A stretch of 63,522 nt of DNA, filler included, from Squatina squatina (taxonomy: Eukaryota), in assembly GCA_031763465.1 (NCBI GenBank). It is 4 parts of 4 records of this genome, joined end to end, with 100 filler letters (N's around TTAATTAATTAA, not from the genome) between each part and the next. Parts side by side here need not be neighbours in the genome. Positions count along the whole stretch, not along the records: positions 28,477 to 51,263 come from JARFOE010000016.1; 3 more parts are not named here. One strand, 5' to 3'. Below the pieces are notes generated by a model. The model had not been told where the DNA came from. It was given only the letters and a program-made list of their open reading frames with translations, and searched no databases. How positions within the stretch are numbered: position 1 is the first letter of the stretch; each line of letters begins with the position of its first letter. The position numbers and the translations under genes were made by a program. Shown piece by piece: positions 28,701-42,500 of the stretch.

Positions 28701-29189
28701 GCTATTTAAAATGGATGATTAAAATATTAAGCAATGGGGCTGCAACCAACATAAAGTTCTGCAAATTTATTATTCAAAAATGTACCATTCCCCGCAAAAC
28801 TAGAGATGACAAAAGCAAGCAATTGAGAACAATAATGAGATTGCATCACAGTTCATTAAGCAACCCAACAATGTCAGAACTGTTACACTAATGTGTGCAG
28901 AGAGGCATTGAAAATTCTTGATGGTTTTCAGTTTGAGATAGATAAATACGAAACTGATTTCACAGAATCATAGAAATTTATGGCACAGAGGCGGCCATTC
29001 GGCTCATCGTGTNNNNNNNNNNNNNNNNNNNNNNNNNNNNNNNNNNNNNNNNNNNNNNNNNNNNNNNNNNNNNNNNNNNNNNNNNNNNNNNNNNNNNNNN
29101 NNNNNNNNNNNNTGAGGTGAACTGCAGTGATCCAAATATAGCCCTAGCTGAGATCAGCTCACTCTACATAGATAAGAAAGGAAGAAAGA

Positions 29190-29625
29190 ACTTGCATTTA
29201 TATAGCGCCTTTCATGACCTCAGGATGTCCCAAAGCGCTTTACAGACAATAAAGTACTTCTTGAAGTGTAGTCACTGCTGTAATGGCAATCAAAACACCC
29301 ACAAACGGCAATGTGATAATAACCAGACAATCTGCTTTTTAGTGATGTTGATTGAGGGATAAACATTAGCCGGAACACTGGTGATAACTCCCCTGCTCTT
29401 CTTTGAAACAGTGCCATGGGATCTTTTACATTCACCTGAGAGCAGACGGGGCCTCGGTTTAACGTCTCATCCAAAAGGCAGCACCTCCAACAGCGCAGCA
29501 CTCTCTCAGTACTACACTGGAATGCCAGCCTAGATGTTTGTGCTCAAGTCTTTGGAGTGGGACTTGAACCCACAACCTTTTGAGTCAGAGGCGAGAGTGC
29601 TTCCCCACTGAGCCACAACTGACAC
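29190..29625 (-). mobile_element. Near full-length tRNA-derived Deu-domain SINE (SacSINE1-like)
   Basis: The minus-strand head has A/B boxes (tggctcagtgg...gggttcaagtcc), a Deu-like central region and an L2-like tail. Partial copies at 19180-19277 (+), 31070-31510 (-) and 54482-54551 (+). Confidence 0.8.
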
Positions 29626-29693
29626 GCGTGTGCCCAGGGGGTCAAACCTGCAACTTCCTGGTTAGTGCTACACTGGGCATTGCCTTTACCCAC

Positions 29694-29787
29694 CTGCAGT
29701 TGGGAGAGCTCTCCTCATTGTAGTTACGACAGAGATCATAACTCCGCATGAAGGTGATAAGCTCAAATCATTCACGCTTTACTCGTC
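29694..29787 (-). other. Candidate 5'UTR exon
   Basis: Acceptor ctgtttatgtctaatacag|GAC, donor CAG|gtgggt; 94 nt; stops in all three frames read from the acceptor. Confidence 0.35.
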
Positions 29788-30282
29788 CTGTATTAGACAT
29801 AAACAGAACCTGTTTGATTGGATCACTCCCTTGTAATTGACTGAGAAGCATTCTGTTATCCTCTGAATATTGGCAAACGCCTTGTTGATATCTGTTTGTG
29901 AAGGCCAAGGACAGTGAAGTGTTCAGTGTAGTTTTGATTAAGCCTCAGCTGTGGAATGAATGACTAAATGGGATAAGGCGCAAATTGATCTTTTTTTAAA
30001 AACTGGCTGAAAGCAGCCTTAATCCAAGGATAATCTTGATCAAAGCATTAAACTGCTGGGCAAACCTAGATCTGCGATTAGAAAGCTTCAAACTTCTCTC
30101 CATTAGTCCAAACTAATTATGGCAAAGAATGATGGAAAGTATTCCTGTTATCACTGACAAATCCCTTCTTCACAAATGATCCTCAATGCAGGACTAAGTA
30201 GGAACAAATGTTTTTTTTTAAATCCCAATGATTTAGTTAGTAACTGCACTGCATGATGTGATACTGAGCTGCACAGTCCAGG

Positions 30283-30730
30283 AACAACAACAACTTGCAT
30301 CAATACAATGCCTATAACATAGAAAAGCATCCCAACAGGAGCATTACCAAACAAAATTTGATACTGAGCCATATGAGATATTAGGGTAGGTGACCAAAAT
30401 CTTGTTCAAAGAGACAGGCTTTAAGGAGCGTCTTAAAGGAGGAGAGTGTGGTAGAGAGGCAGAGAGGTTTAGGGAGGGAATGCCAGAGCTGAGGACCTAG
30501 GCAGCTGAAGGCACGGCCGCCAATGGTGGAGCGATGGAAATCGGGGATGCACAAAAGGCCTCAAATGGAGGAACGCAGAGATCTTGGGAGGGTTTTAGGG
30601 CAGGAGGAGTTTACAGAGATTTGGAGGGGCAAGGCCACAGACTGATTTGAAAACATGGATGAGAATTTTAAATTTGAGGCATTGTCGTACTGGGAGGTAC
30701 TGTAGGTCAGTGAGCACAGGGAGATGGGTG
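30283..30730 (-). mobile_element. L2-type LINE 3' end
   Basis: Homologous to 1525-1940 (ttaaggagcgtcttaaaggaggag...gcacggccgccaatggtggagcg). Confidence 0.75.
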
Positions 30731-31649
30731 AAATGCAACCCGTTTCTGTGCATCCCAAAATTCAAACCCTGCTCTGGTTTTGGGCGAGGGTTTGAAACTG
30801 ATCTATCGGCTTTCCTTTTAATAAATATTCACTTTAGACACTGGCCTGGCCTTAACGGATATGTGATTTAATTTAGAAGTTGATGTGTATGTAAACATAA
30901 CCTGTGGCAGATATCCTGGATTCTTGGTCAATCAAGGGAAGCAAAGGTCCTTTTTGAAAAATTGTGTTCCCTCAGAAACCAGGCAACTGCTGGGGGCAGA
31001 TGGGTTCTGGTGCACCTGGACTTCTGCCTCATAGCTTGTCCCTACCGTGCCAACGAATAAAGGAAAGACATGCCTTGATATAGCGCCTTTCATGACCTCA
31101 GGACATCCCAAAGTGCTTTGCAGCCAATGATGCACTCCTGAAATGAAGTCACTGTTGTAATGCTCAATCCCACAATTACTGACTGACTGGAGAAAGGGAA
31201 ATGAGAAATCAATCCCAGGATGGTATCAAAGAAAAACCTGTTTTTGAAGTGTAGTCACTTGTTTTGTAGGCAAACATGTCAGTCAATTTGCCCACAGCCA
31301 GGTCCCACAAACAGCAATAAGACAATGACCAGTCAATCTGTGTTAGCTGAGACATCAACGTTGGGCAGGACATTGGAAGAACTCCCCTGCTCCTTCTCGA
31401 ACAGTACTATTTGTTCTTCCACCTGACAGGATACATGAGGCTTCAGCTTAATGTCTCATGCAATAGACAGCACTGTCTCAGTATGACACTAGAAGTCTTA
31501 ACCTAGATTATGGGGAAGAAATTGGTATGAGTTGTGCCCATTTTTCAGGCCTGAAACAGATGCAATCCATGCCAATTTAGCATTGGGATGACGTGCACCC
31601 ATTATGCACAGGCACTGGCCCCACTTCTAAATTCTTGGGGGCCTTTTTA

Positions 31650-32779
31650 ATATAGAATGATACAGCCCAGAATGAGGCCATTCGGCCCATTGTGCCAGTT
31701 CTTTGGTAGAGCCAATTAGCCCCACCCCACTGCTCTTTCCCTACAGCCGTGCAAAACTTTCCCTTTCAAGTATTTATCCAATTTCCTATGGAAAGTTACT
31801 ATTGAATCTGCTTCCAACGACCTTTCAGCCAGCACGTTCCCGATCACAACACTCTCTGCGTTAAAAATTCTCCTCATCTCCCCTCTGGATCTTTTGCAAA
31901 TTATCTTAAATCTGTGTCCGTTGGTTGCTGACTCTCCTGCCAGTGGAAACAGTTATTCCCTGTCTACTTTATCAAAACCTGTCCTAATTTTGAACACCTG
32001 TATTAAATCTCCCCTTAAACCTCTCTGCTTTAAGGAGAACAATTCCAAAACAACATAACTGAAGTTCATCATCCCTGGTACCATTCGACTAAATCTCCTC
32101 TGGACCCCCTCTAGGCACTTGTCATCCTTCCTAAAGCGTGGTGTTCAGGATTGGACATTACACTCTAGCTGAAGCCTAACCAATTGTTTATAAAGATTTA
32201 GCATCACCTCCTTGTTTTTGTACTCTATGCCTCTATTTACGAAGCCCAGGATCCCATAAGCCTTTTTAACTGTTTTCTCAACCTGCCCTGCCACCTCCAA
32301 CAATTTGTGCACACAATCCCAAGGTCTCACTGTTCGTGCACCCACTTTAGGATTGTACCATTTAGTTTATATTGCCTCTCCTCAATCTTTCTACCAAAAT
32401 GTATTACTTCACATTTTTCTGCATTAAATTTAATCTGCCACNNNNNNNNNNTCCTCCTGACTGTTCACTATACTTCCAAGTTTTGTGTCATCTGTAAATT
32501 TTGAAATCGTGTCCTGTACACCCACATCCAATTTATTAATATATATCAAGAAAAGCAATGGTCCTAGTACCGACCGCTGGGGAACACCACTGTATACCTT
32601 CCTCCAGTCCGAAAAACAACCGTTCACCACCACTCTCTGTTTCCTGTCATATAGCCAATTTTATATACATGCCACCACTGTCCCTTTTATTCCATGGGCT
32701 TCAACTTTGCTGGCAAGCCTATTATGTAGCACTTTGTTGGACGCCTGTTGGAAATCCATGTACACTACGTCAACTGCAT
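31650..32779 (-). mobile_element. CR1-clade LINE, RT and 3' end, degenerate
   Basis: Peptides AVDVVYMDFQ, SGVPQRSVLGPLLFLIYIN, ISKFTDDTKLG, GIEYKNKEVMLNLYK, plus a CR1 3'UTR. Confidence 0.9.
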
Positions 32780-34049
32780 NNNNNNNNNNNNNNNNNNNNN
32801 NNNNNNNNNNNNNNNNNNNNNNNNNNNNNNNNNNNNNNNNNNNNNNNNNNNNNNNNNNNNNNNNNNNNNNNNNNNNNNNGAACATTTATCAGTCCTCACA
32901 ACTCCACAGTTCAATCCTGGCCTACTGCCCTCCATGGACTCCTCGCCCCCTTACATAGTCCCATGTATTATTGCATCATTTTATTTCCATCTTCAATCCC
33001 CTTCCTGATCTATTCTGAGGCAATTAGTGAGGGAGAGAAAAAGAGGAGAGAGAGAGGAGATAGAGATGTGAGAGATATGAGGAGGTGAGATAGTGAGAGA
33101 GGAGAGAGAGATAAAGTATGGGGGCAGGGAAGAAATACAAACAACCTGAAGGCTGTTTTTGCAAAAATAAAACAAAGATAGAAATAAATTTTGAATTTCA
33201 TGGTTTAAATATCCAAAAATGTTCTGAAAATTATTGATTATTGTACAGTTGAGGAAAATTTGGTAACATTAGGTTAGAATGTGGGCATATGCTCATACCA
33301 GAGGCACCAACTGTCCGGACACACGACCATACCTACAGCTTGCCTTCAGTAGCTGCTATCCAAGGAAAGACATTGCCAAAAGAGGGCTATGAAAGCCAAC
33401 TTTACCACGTTATACAGAGAGGCACTTCCTTGTCTAAAGTGGCGCTAAGCGGCCTGAGTTAGGAACCTCAGCCATTAATGTAAACTGTTCACTAGGGGGG
33501 CAGGGTCTGTAACCTCCCAATATCAAAGGATCAATCTGGGCAGGGTTGTAAGATCCAGAGGGGAAGATTCTCCCAATAACTCAATGAGCAAATGCATCAA
33601 GTGATGTGATACTGTACCATACAGATGTTATACCTCGATGCGTTGACTCAGTTGATCTCAGTGAGGACGATGGTGTGTGTCACAATTAGCCTCAATGTTG
33701 CCTTGCTAGGGAAGGACAAAATTAGTTAGGATTCCTGTTTCTGAGTGTTATCAAATGAACTGCCATCTTCAGGCAAGAAGATAAGGGGGAAGGGAGGGGG
33801 TGTAGAAGTTAAGGGTCCATTGAGCTTAGTCACCACGGTTGTGCGAGTTGGAAACATTTTCAGTTGCCACTCATTCAAACTCACCAACCCACACTGGGTG
33901 AGTGTGATTTTCTCTCAGCGGGGCCAACAGTTGGGGACTACCGTGTAGAGGTGGAGGGTGTGTCCATCTCAGAGCGGGAGACTGGGAAGAAATCTAGAAG
34001 GAGGCAGGGAGGAGGAAGAGAAGACAAAAATGGATGATGTTCAACTTAC

Positions 34050-34169
34050 CCTGCTCAAGTCTCACGTCCCGCCAGCTGATTGCAGAGTGGCATTGAAGAC
34101 GATAGAGATGTCGCCAGTCCAAAGCGTCCCGCCCTCCCGGCTGGAGGCGGATGCGTGGTGGGAAGCAGT
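34050..34169 (-). other. Exon with consensus splice sites (5'UTR or phase 1-1 coding)
   Basis: Acceptor ctcttcatctttcttttcctgcag|ACT, donor AGG|gtaagt; 120 nt, CpG-rich. Only the phase-1 frame is open (DCFPPRIRLQPGGRDALDWRHLYRLQCHSAISWRDVRLEQ). Confidence 0.55.
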
Positions 34170-34464
34170 CTGCAGGAAAAGAAAGATGAAGAGAATAAAG
34201 TACATCTAACAAAAAGGAAGGAAACTGGAACGACACAATAAATTTACCTCAAATATTGTTGTAGACCCGCAAGTGATGGCCATACTGGAGACAGCCTGAT
34301 ATTGTTCCGCAATATTGGGATGGGCCCCAAAAGCTGCTTTTACAGGGCAATGTATAAGAGAGGANNNNNNNNNNNNNNNNNNNNNNNNNNNNNNNNNNNN
34401 NNNNNNNNNNNNNNNNNNNNNNNNNNNNNNNNNNNNNNNNNNNNNNNNNNNNNNNNNNNNNNNN

Positions 34465-34567
34465 ACGGCGCATGCGCAGTTCCGCCGGAGAACGGACTGC
34501 GCAGTCCCAGCGAAGAACTGCGCAGCCTGATTGTCCCGGTTTTCGACTCACCGGATCTGGCCACCCT
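34465..34567. mobile_element. End of a hAT (Blackjack-like) non-autonomous element
   Basis: Terminus ggatctggccacccta (reverse TAGGGTGGCCAG) with subterminal tgtcccggtttt; the other end is not visible. Confidence 0.5.
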
Positions 34568-35104
34568 AACCTTAATGGACATTTAGACATTGGCAAGAAA
34601 ATTAATTGAAATAGGGTAGGGGTGGTGGGTGGGGAATAACTCCACATTTTCCCCTTTCCTTCAGGAGAGTCTGGACAAAATGGCTGCAATTTGTTTATTT
34701 TAATCTTATTTTCTCCCTTCCATCCCTCTCCAAGTTCTAATCCCATTTCAAGGTGCCTTATCAGTACAAAGAGTGAGTGCAGCCAATTACTGTGAAAATA
34801 CAAACATCAGCAGTTTCTCTGTTACTGGTCAGATCAAGTGTAGCGCTGGTTGAAAGTAATTTAAATGCTCAGAGCAACAGTGATTGAATTTTTTGCAACA
34901 TAATTATGGACTGTATCAACCAGAGGACAACCATGTGGAGCTGTATAATTTGATGCTTATCTCCAAAAGGAAAGAAGCAAGATACATCAGCGATTTTGCT
35001 TGAGTTTAAACTGTGTGTGTGTTTTTTTCTTTCTGAAAGGAATCTTGGAGTACCCAGGGCAATTAGTTCTCTTTATAATCAATCCAGTCCTGCTTAAAGC
35101 TCAC

Positions 35105-35200
35105 CAGCCCACGCCCCCGCCACCGTGCGTCTCCCTTCCTCTCGTGAAGACAATGGCCGACGCACGAGTACGGTTGCTCAGGCTGTCATTCTTGCATGTT
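35105..35200 (-). promoter_or_regulatory. Candidate first exon/promoter of the minus-strand gene
   Basis: CpG-enriched patch with a GC box (ccacgcccccgcc), ending in donor CTG|gtgagc at 35104; no clear upstream acceptor. The 5' boundary is approximate. Confidence 0.35.
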
Positions 35201-36209
35201 TGTGGGGCTATTTAACTGTGAGCGGTGTGGCAACTATGTTTTTTTTCATTCTCAGCATCTGGACATCGCTGGTCAAGGCAGGCCTTTGTTGTCTTTCAGA
35301 AGGTGGCAGTGGGGGCTCCACTTAGAACCGTTGCAGTCTGTGAGGACTGAGTCTGAGTTGAGTTTGGACCTGTCGTCACACAAATTTGACACGAGCACTT
35401 TCCAGCACAGGTCGCAAGGTATGCAGCATAACTTCTACNNNNNNNNNNNNNNNNNNNNNNNNNNNNNNNNNNNNNNNNNNNNNNNNNNNNNNNNNNNNNN
35501 NNNNNNNNNNNNNNNNNNNNNNNNNNNNNNNNNNNNNNTCTGAACTGTGGTCTGAGCCGCACAGTCATGAATATGTACAGTGCAGTTTCTGTCGGAGATT
35601 ATTGAAGAGCACAAGGCACATGGCTAGGGTTTCAGCTCCCATTGTGTCAGCAACACACCAGATATTTGGGATCATTTTTCACTTTGAGATGAAACAAAAA
35701 TGTATTATGAAAACCCGATGAACTCTATCAGCGCCTGGAGTATCTGTACACAAAAACAATTTTTTGCTTGGACAGAATTGCTATGCGGTGCCAAGAACTG
35801 AACTCAGCGACAATTCCCAGTGCACTGAATCTTCATTCAATTTGCCTCTCCTTAAATCGAGATGTGCACGAACATTTCCTGATGTTCATGCTCCGATGTT
35901 TTTTATTATTCATTACTGGGATGTGGACATCGCCAGCAAGGCCAGCATTTCTGGCCCTTGAGAAGGTGGTGGTGAGCCGCCTTCTGGAATACAACTGAGT
36001 GGCTACCGAGGCCATTTCAGAGGGCAGTTAAAGCTCAACCACATTGCTGCAGGTACATATAGGCCAGGCTGATTTCCTTCCCTAAAGGACATTAGTGAAA
36101 CAGATGGGTNNNNNNNNNNNNNNNNNNNNNNNNNNNNNNNNNNNNNNNNNNNNNNNNNNNNNNNNNNNNNNNNNNNNNNNNNNNNNNNNNNNNNNNNNNN
36201 NNNNNNNNN

Positions 36210-36560
36210 TGAGATTATGAAAGGGCTTGATAGGGTAGACTTAGAGAAGATGTTTCCACTTGCATTAAAGATCAGAACTAACCATAAATATAAGATAATC
36301 ATTAATAATTCCAATTAGGAATTCAGGAGAAACTTGTTTACCCAGAGAATGGTTAGAATGTAGAACTCGCTACCACAGGGAAGAGTTGAGGTGACTAGCA
36401 AAACATTTAAGGAGAAGCTAGAGAAACACATGAGGGAGAAAGGAATAGAAGGATATGTTGATGGGGTGAGATGAAGAAGGATGGGAGGAGGCTTGTGCGG
36501 AGTAGAAACATTAGCATAGTTGGGCGAAAAGGCCTGTTTCTGTGCTGTAAATACCACAAA
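36210..36560 (+). mobile_element. CR1-type LINE 3' end
   Basis: ggaattcaggagaaacttgtttacccagagaatggttagaatg; same subfamily as the CR1 piece inside each tandem unit. Confidence 0.8.
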
Positions 36561-39500
36561 CTATTATGTAAAATTCAGACATATTGGAATTCTTCCTGTA
36601 TAAACACGATACTACAGATGGAGTTTGAGAATACCACGTTTCATTCCACTTGGATAGGTGACCTGTATAATTCACTTGTCGCAAGACATCTTATTCACTT
36701 GAGGAATAAACATTATATGCAGGCACTCATATTATCTTTGATGCCAACTCAGTTCTCATCAGTTCAGGGCTGTTGCTCAACCCANNNNNNNNNNNNNNNN
36801 NNNNNNNNNNNNNNNNNNNNNNNNNNNNNNNNNNNNNNNNNNNNNNNNNNNNNNNNNNNNNNNNNNNNNNNNNNNNNNNNNNNNTCATTTCCCAAATTGA
36901 AACATTTCTGTATTCAATAATCCCCAATAAGTAACAAAATATTTGTATTATATTGATGAATCACAGCGCTAGTGGCAACCAATATTTTCAACCTCTGCTT
37001 TTAATTAAAAACTCATTGCTCATTTCTGTAGCTGTCAAGTACTACGAGGCAGTGCTGAATGAAGTCATTAAAAGTTGGGTCACTGCTTTCATCCCTCGGT
37101 CACCTCGTTTCCACATGAACGTTATTCAATGGAGCCGGGTTACTGCCACAGCGAAAGATCATGCATTATTCAAGCTGAGGAGTCAAATAATCTCCAGATG
37201 ATTCAATTTCAGTACCAAAATGAGCCTATAAAATAAGTGAAGTACTTACAGTACTAATGCATGATATTGAGACCTTGGCGCATGAGAGGTCGAAGATAAA
37301 TTAGAAGCTTTCCATCACAAATGCCGGTGTCAAGTGCTGCGAGTTGAAAGGAATGGCTGCTTTGGTAATGAGGAAGGTCAGAGGAGGACGCTGCAACAGT
37401 AGGAACAGTCAGCAAGGCTGAAGATACTGCAGCGGTTTGGACACTAGAACTCGAAAGTAGTAAGTACAGGGAAAGAAATGGACGGAGTGAGTGAAACCCT
37501 CGACAAGTACAGAAATGTCACATTATTGTCCTTCACTGAAATATGCACTGCGTCAAAACAAAGAATAAGNNNNNNNNNNNNNNNNNNNNNNNNNNNNNNN
37601 NNNNNNNNNNNNNNNNNNNNNNNNNNNNNNNNNNNNNNNNNNNNNNNNNNNNNNNNNNNNNNNNNNNNNNNNNNNNNNNNNNNNNNNNNNNNNNNNNNNN
37701 NNNNNNNNNNNNNNNNNNNNNNNNNNNNNNNNNNNNNNNNNNNNNNNNNNNNNNNNNNNNNNNNNNNNNNNNNNNNNNNNNNNNNNNNNNNNNNNNNNNN
37801 NNNNNNNNNNNNNNNNNNNNNNNNNNNNNNNNNNNNNNNNNNNNNNNNNNNNNNNNNNNNNNNNNNNNNNNNNNNNNNNNNNNNNNNNNNNNNNNNNNNN
37901 NNNNNNNNNNNNNNNNNNNNNNNNNNNNNNNNNNNNNNNNNNNNNNNNNNNNNNNNNNNNNNNNNNNNNNNNNNNNNNNNNNNNNNNNNNNNNNNNNNNN
38001 NNNNNNNNNNNNNNNNNNNNNNNNNNNNNNNNNNNNNNNNNNNNNNNNNNNNNNNNNNNNNNNNNNNNNNNNNNNNNNNNNNNNNNNNNNNNNNNNNNNN
38101 NNNNNNNNNNNNNNNNNNNNNNNNNNNNNNNNNNNNNNNNNNNNNNNNNNNNNNNNNNNNNNNNNNNNNNNNNNNNNNNNNNNNNNNNNNNNNNNNNNNN
38201 NNNNNNNNNNNNNNNNNNNNNNNNNNNNNNNNNNNNNNNNNNNNNNNNNNNNNNNNNNNNNNNNNNNNNNNNNNNNNNNNNNNNNNNNNNNNNNNNNNNN
38301 NNNNNNNNNNNNNNNNNNNNNNNNNNNNNNNNNNNNNNNNNNNNNNNNNNNNNNNNNNNNNNNNNNNNNNNNNNNNNNNNNNNNNNNNNNNNNNNNNNNN
38401 NNNNNNNNNNNNNNNNNNNNNNNNNNNNNNNNNNNNNNNNNNNNNNNNNNNNNNNNTTGCTTGTCTGATAACCTCTAATGACTCATTATTTCTTTCACTT
38501 GTCACTGTTCTCTTTGTAATAATTAAGTTTGCTCTTCACAGTGGTTCTGCTCTTGATCAGGTTCCCTTGTTGGACTTTCGTTACTATAACTGGCATACAT
38601 ACACCTTGGTAGTTCTTAAAATTGAAGATGAAGCATCGACTTCTTCTCAGTCTCATTAACTGCTCAATTCTTCTGAGTGTAATCACAATATTATATCATA
38701 GAAGCATACAGTGACACAGCACAGAGGGAGGTCGTTTGGCTCTTAGTACCTGTGCCAGCTCTTTGAAAGAGCTATCCAATTAGCTGTTCTACTTTTGGTA
38801 ACTTGTGTTTATAAGTATTATTCTACCTGTAATTAAAAGTGATTATCAGTTTTGGTCTATGTGCATTGCTCAGAGGGTGTGGTATTTTCTGCCCTTCAAA
38901 ATGTGTAAGGAGAGCTTGGTGGGCATCACATGTTCTCCCCAGTGGATAATATAAAAATAAAAGAGTAATTGTTAACCTTGGACATGCCAGCTCAGCTATA
39001 ATATGTATGAGGGCACGGTTTTTGGTTCAATGTCTGCCTTTTTGTTATGTACGCAAGGCAGAAATGTTGAGAGAAAGCCTGACTGTAACATTCAGTTCCA
39101 GGCTGGGTTGCAGGTGTCGGGAGTAGAAATGTCTCAGGGTTGCGCTGATGTTGTGGTTAAAGCACATTGTTGCTGCAGTGTAGATGGAGCTTTGCCCTTC
39201 ATCTAACCCCCTACTGCACCTGAACGAGTAGTTTATTGCTGACTCTGGGTGCCTGAAGTAGGAAGTTCCAGCTTCCCAGCGTTTCCATCTCTCATGTTGA
39301 TGCACACAAAAAATGCAGTAAAATAGATTTTTTAAAGTATTGAGAAAAAAAGACTGTTGAGAAGTCTGGTAGATGAAGCACACCGCTCATTATGAATAAG
39401 TGAACAACTCAATCAGTTGAAAAGCAACAGAACTTTAAATCTTCTCTTCTCGACTTGCCTTGCAGACGATTTGATCTAATCAATATGCAAAGTCACTCCC

Positions 39501-42500
39501 CGCACTAATAGGCAATAGTGTCCCAGTCTACTTCACTGATGTCTCCTGGTTTCAGAGAGGGTAATAAAGTTTGACATATTTTAAAATCCGTTGTGCTATC
39601 GTTTGTGAGTGTTCTCATTTTTTGGGTTTGTGGTAATTTTCCTGCAGTGATACTTGATCACGATTAATTTCTAAACCTTGCAAATAATGTCAGAGGCCGT
39701 TCTGCTATAGAAAAAAGATTACATTTTGCAGACTTGGTTTTAAGTAGTCTGCCGAGGTTCAACAGAGTGAATACGTTTACATCTGTCCTACTTTCCAAAA
39801 TACCATTTCTTTTGTCTTAAAGCTTCACTGCATCAAGAACAATAGATCCCCAAGAACAACTGCAGGCAGTCATCAAATTGAGGATTTTGAACTGTTTTTT
39901 TTTTCAATTTCAGAATTACAGACGCTTGGATGAATTACAGACTGGAATCCAGTTGAAGGAGGAGGGGGGTGGAATTGGTCTGTGGCAGTAGTGCAAAACA
40001 GGCTCATAGTGAGTCAGCAGTCTGTTTTACACCGTCCCCGATTTTCGACTCCATTGACTTCAGTGGAAAAGAAAATCGGGCGTGATATAAAAGGGGCTGC
40101 CAATCGCTACGAGCCCATTTCGTGTTACTACATAGAAACAGAGAAAATAGGCCCTTCAAGCAATCTGATCATGGCTGATCATCCATCTCATCGCCATATT
40201 CCCGCTTTCTCCCCAAACCCCTCGATGTCTTTAGTGTCTAAAAATCTATCTATCTCCTTCTTGAATATACTCAGTGACCCGGCCTCCACAGCCNNNNNNN
40301 NNNNNNNNNNNNNNNNNNNNNNNNNNNNNNNNNNNNNNNNNNNNNNNNNNNNNNNNNNNNNNNNNNNNNNNNNNNNNNNNNNNNNNNNNNNNNTCTATGC
40401 TTCTATTTTGAGTACTGCGTGTAGTTTTGGTCACCACATTACAGGAAAGATGTGATTGCACTGGAGAGAGTGCAGAGATTTACGGGGATGATGCCTGGAC
40501 TGGAGAATTTTAGCTATGAAGAAAGATTGGATAGGCTGTGCATCACTTCCAACTTCAATATTCATCTACCATTTGACCTCTACCCAAAAGGGCAGGGCTG
40601 CTTGCCACTGAAATTCAACTGGTTGTTTGAGTGTTTTTTTGAGATCAGTCCTCAGCTAAGGTGCATAATATAATAGCATACTGCATCAAGATGGAATTGA
40701 CATCGTTTTACTCATTAATTGAAGAATGGCGATGAAGATTTCAGTCTACTCCTTAATACCAATAACACAGTTAAGCTGGAATCAGGAATGAAGACCTGAT
40801 GAAAGCATAAGGCACATTGTAGTGTTCTAATCAGCTTCCTATCCCCAACTGCAGCGTAAAACATGCTGGAACATTCATCTGAATCATTAGTAGATAGAAA
40901 GAAGAAAAGCAAATGTGAACCAACAGCATCAGAACTGGCTTTGTACCACTTTCAATCTGCTGCAGCTCTCTGAGAATCCAGCTGTTTCTGTGCATTAATG
41001 TCCTCATTTTGCGAACTGTCTCTTTTATCTACTAACATAGAATTAGTTGCCTTTAGCTTTTTACCTTTGTCAAATTTCAGGGAGGTAGTGATACAGTGGG
41101 ATATGGTGGTGTAGTGGTCATGGTACTGGACTAACAAACCAGAGAACATGAGTTCAAATCCCACAATGGCAGTTTGAGATTTTAAATTCAGTTTAAGAAA
41201 AATGTGGAAACTGACCATTGTCACAAAAGTCCATTCCTGTTCCCTTTAGAATCCAATCCTTTAGAATACAACCGCTACCCCAGCAAAGACATGCCAATCC
41301 AGGCTGACTTGAACAAACTACCTCCAACCCGTCTTGAATCTAGAAGGTCATTTTGTACCGTCGTCGAAACCCCTCAACGATCTCCCCTCAGCCTTGATGA
41401 CCGATGGCGAAATGCTTGAAAGAACTGTGACATACGCAATGGATTCCTTATCNNNNNNNNNNNNNNNNNNNNNNNNNNNNNNNNNNNNNNNNNNNNNNNN
41501 NNNNNNNNNNNNNNNNNNNNNNNNNNNNNNNNNNNNNNNNNNNNNNNNNNNNCAGACTTACTAAATGGTACAACAAGACAGATGCCTTGCGATTCATTAA
41601 CTGTCAGTTACTTTAATGATTGCCCAATTTTCACTAGGGATGTCAGGTCATAACTTTCAAGCAATATGATTTTCATCAACACAGACATCATTATATTTTA
41701 TATTGATAACCACTGTGTCAGCAGGTTCCATTATTCTTGTCATTGTTGTCAAAAGGAAGGCACTCTATATACAACTGAGGGCACACTTGAGTGACAGGTA
41801 AAACTTCAATGCATTAAAATAAAACTATTCAATGGCTAATATCAGTGAGTTCAGGGATCCCAAACCCCACTCATACCAGCAATTTGGGGTCAATTTGGTC
41901 TTGAAATCCAATCTATTGTCTGTATAAATATTGCAAATTCTTTACTCTGAATTAGTACTTTCTTCAATGTGGCAATCTCTATCTGGGCTAGGTTTTGTGC
42001 CACCAATTTGGAGGTAGCACAGTATAATCAGTGTTTGAATTGTTTGTTCTGTTTGCCATATTCATCTGTACTGCCAAATGTCCGATCTGCCTATTAGAAT
42101 ATGTTTTTATATTCATGTTTTTGGGTCTGACATTTTTAATGCCTGTATGCAAAAATAAAAATTTGTCCCACTGAGAACCAAGAATAGAATTGGGTAGTAT
42201 CATTCAATTTTACTTTGCACATTTATACACTGAGTGTGCATTATGACTTTCAGCCTTTATATGACATAACAACAATAAGGGACTTCAAAGAACATCTATC
42301 AGAAGTTATCCATATATTCTTTGGAAAATTGGGTACCATGTAAGATAACCTTTAAAAATCTTTTCTAAAAAAAATTGTTAAATGTTAAATGTACCTGGGA
42401 CTATCATTGATAAATGGGCACAGATCAATTCAATTAAAATCAATTGTTTATTGCATTGGTAAAAGATAATAAACATTTATTCAGCACAGATTTAATATCA

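Noticed and set aside
34465-34530. NRF1-like GCGCATGCGC promoter motif
   Set aside because: It sits within an apparent hAT-type element end next to a gap, so it is not independent promoter evidence.
37444-38659. Long ORFs (311-393 aa) here, and similar ORFs at 793-1567 and 17381-17828
   Set aside because: Almost entirely N-gap translation.
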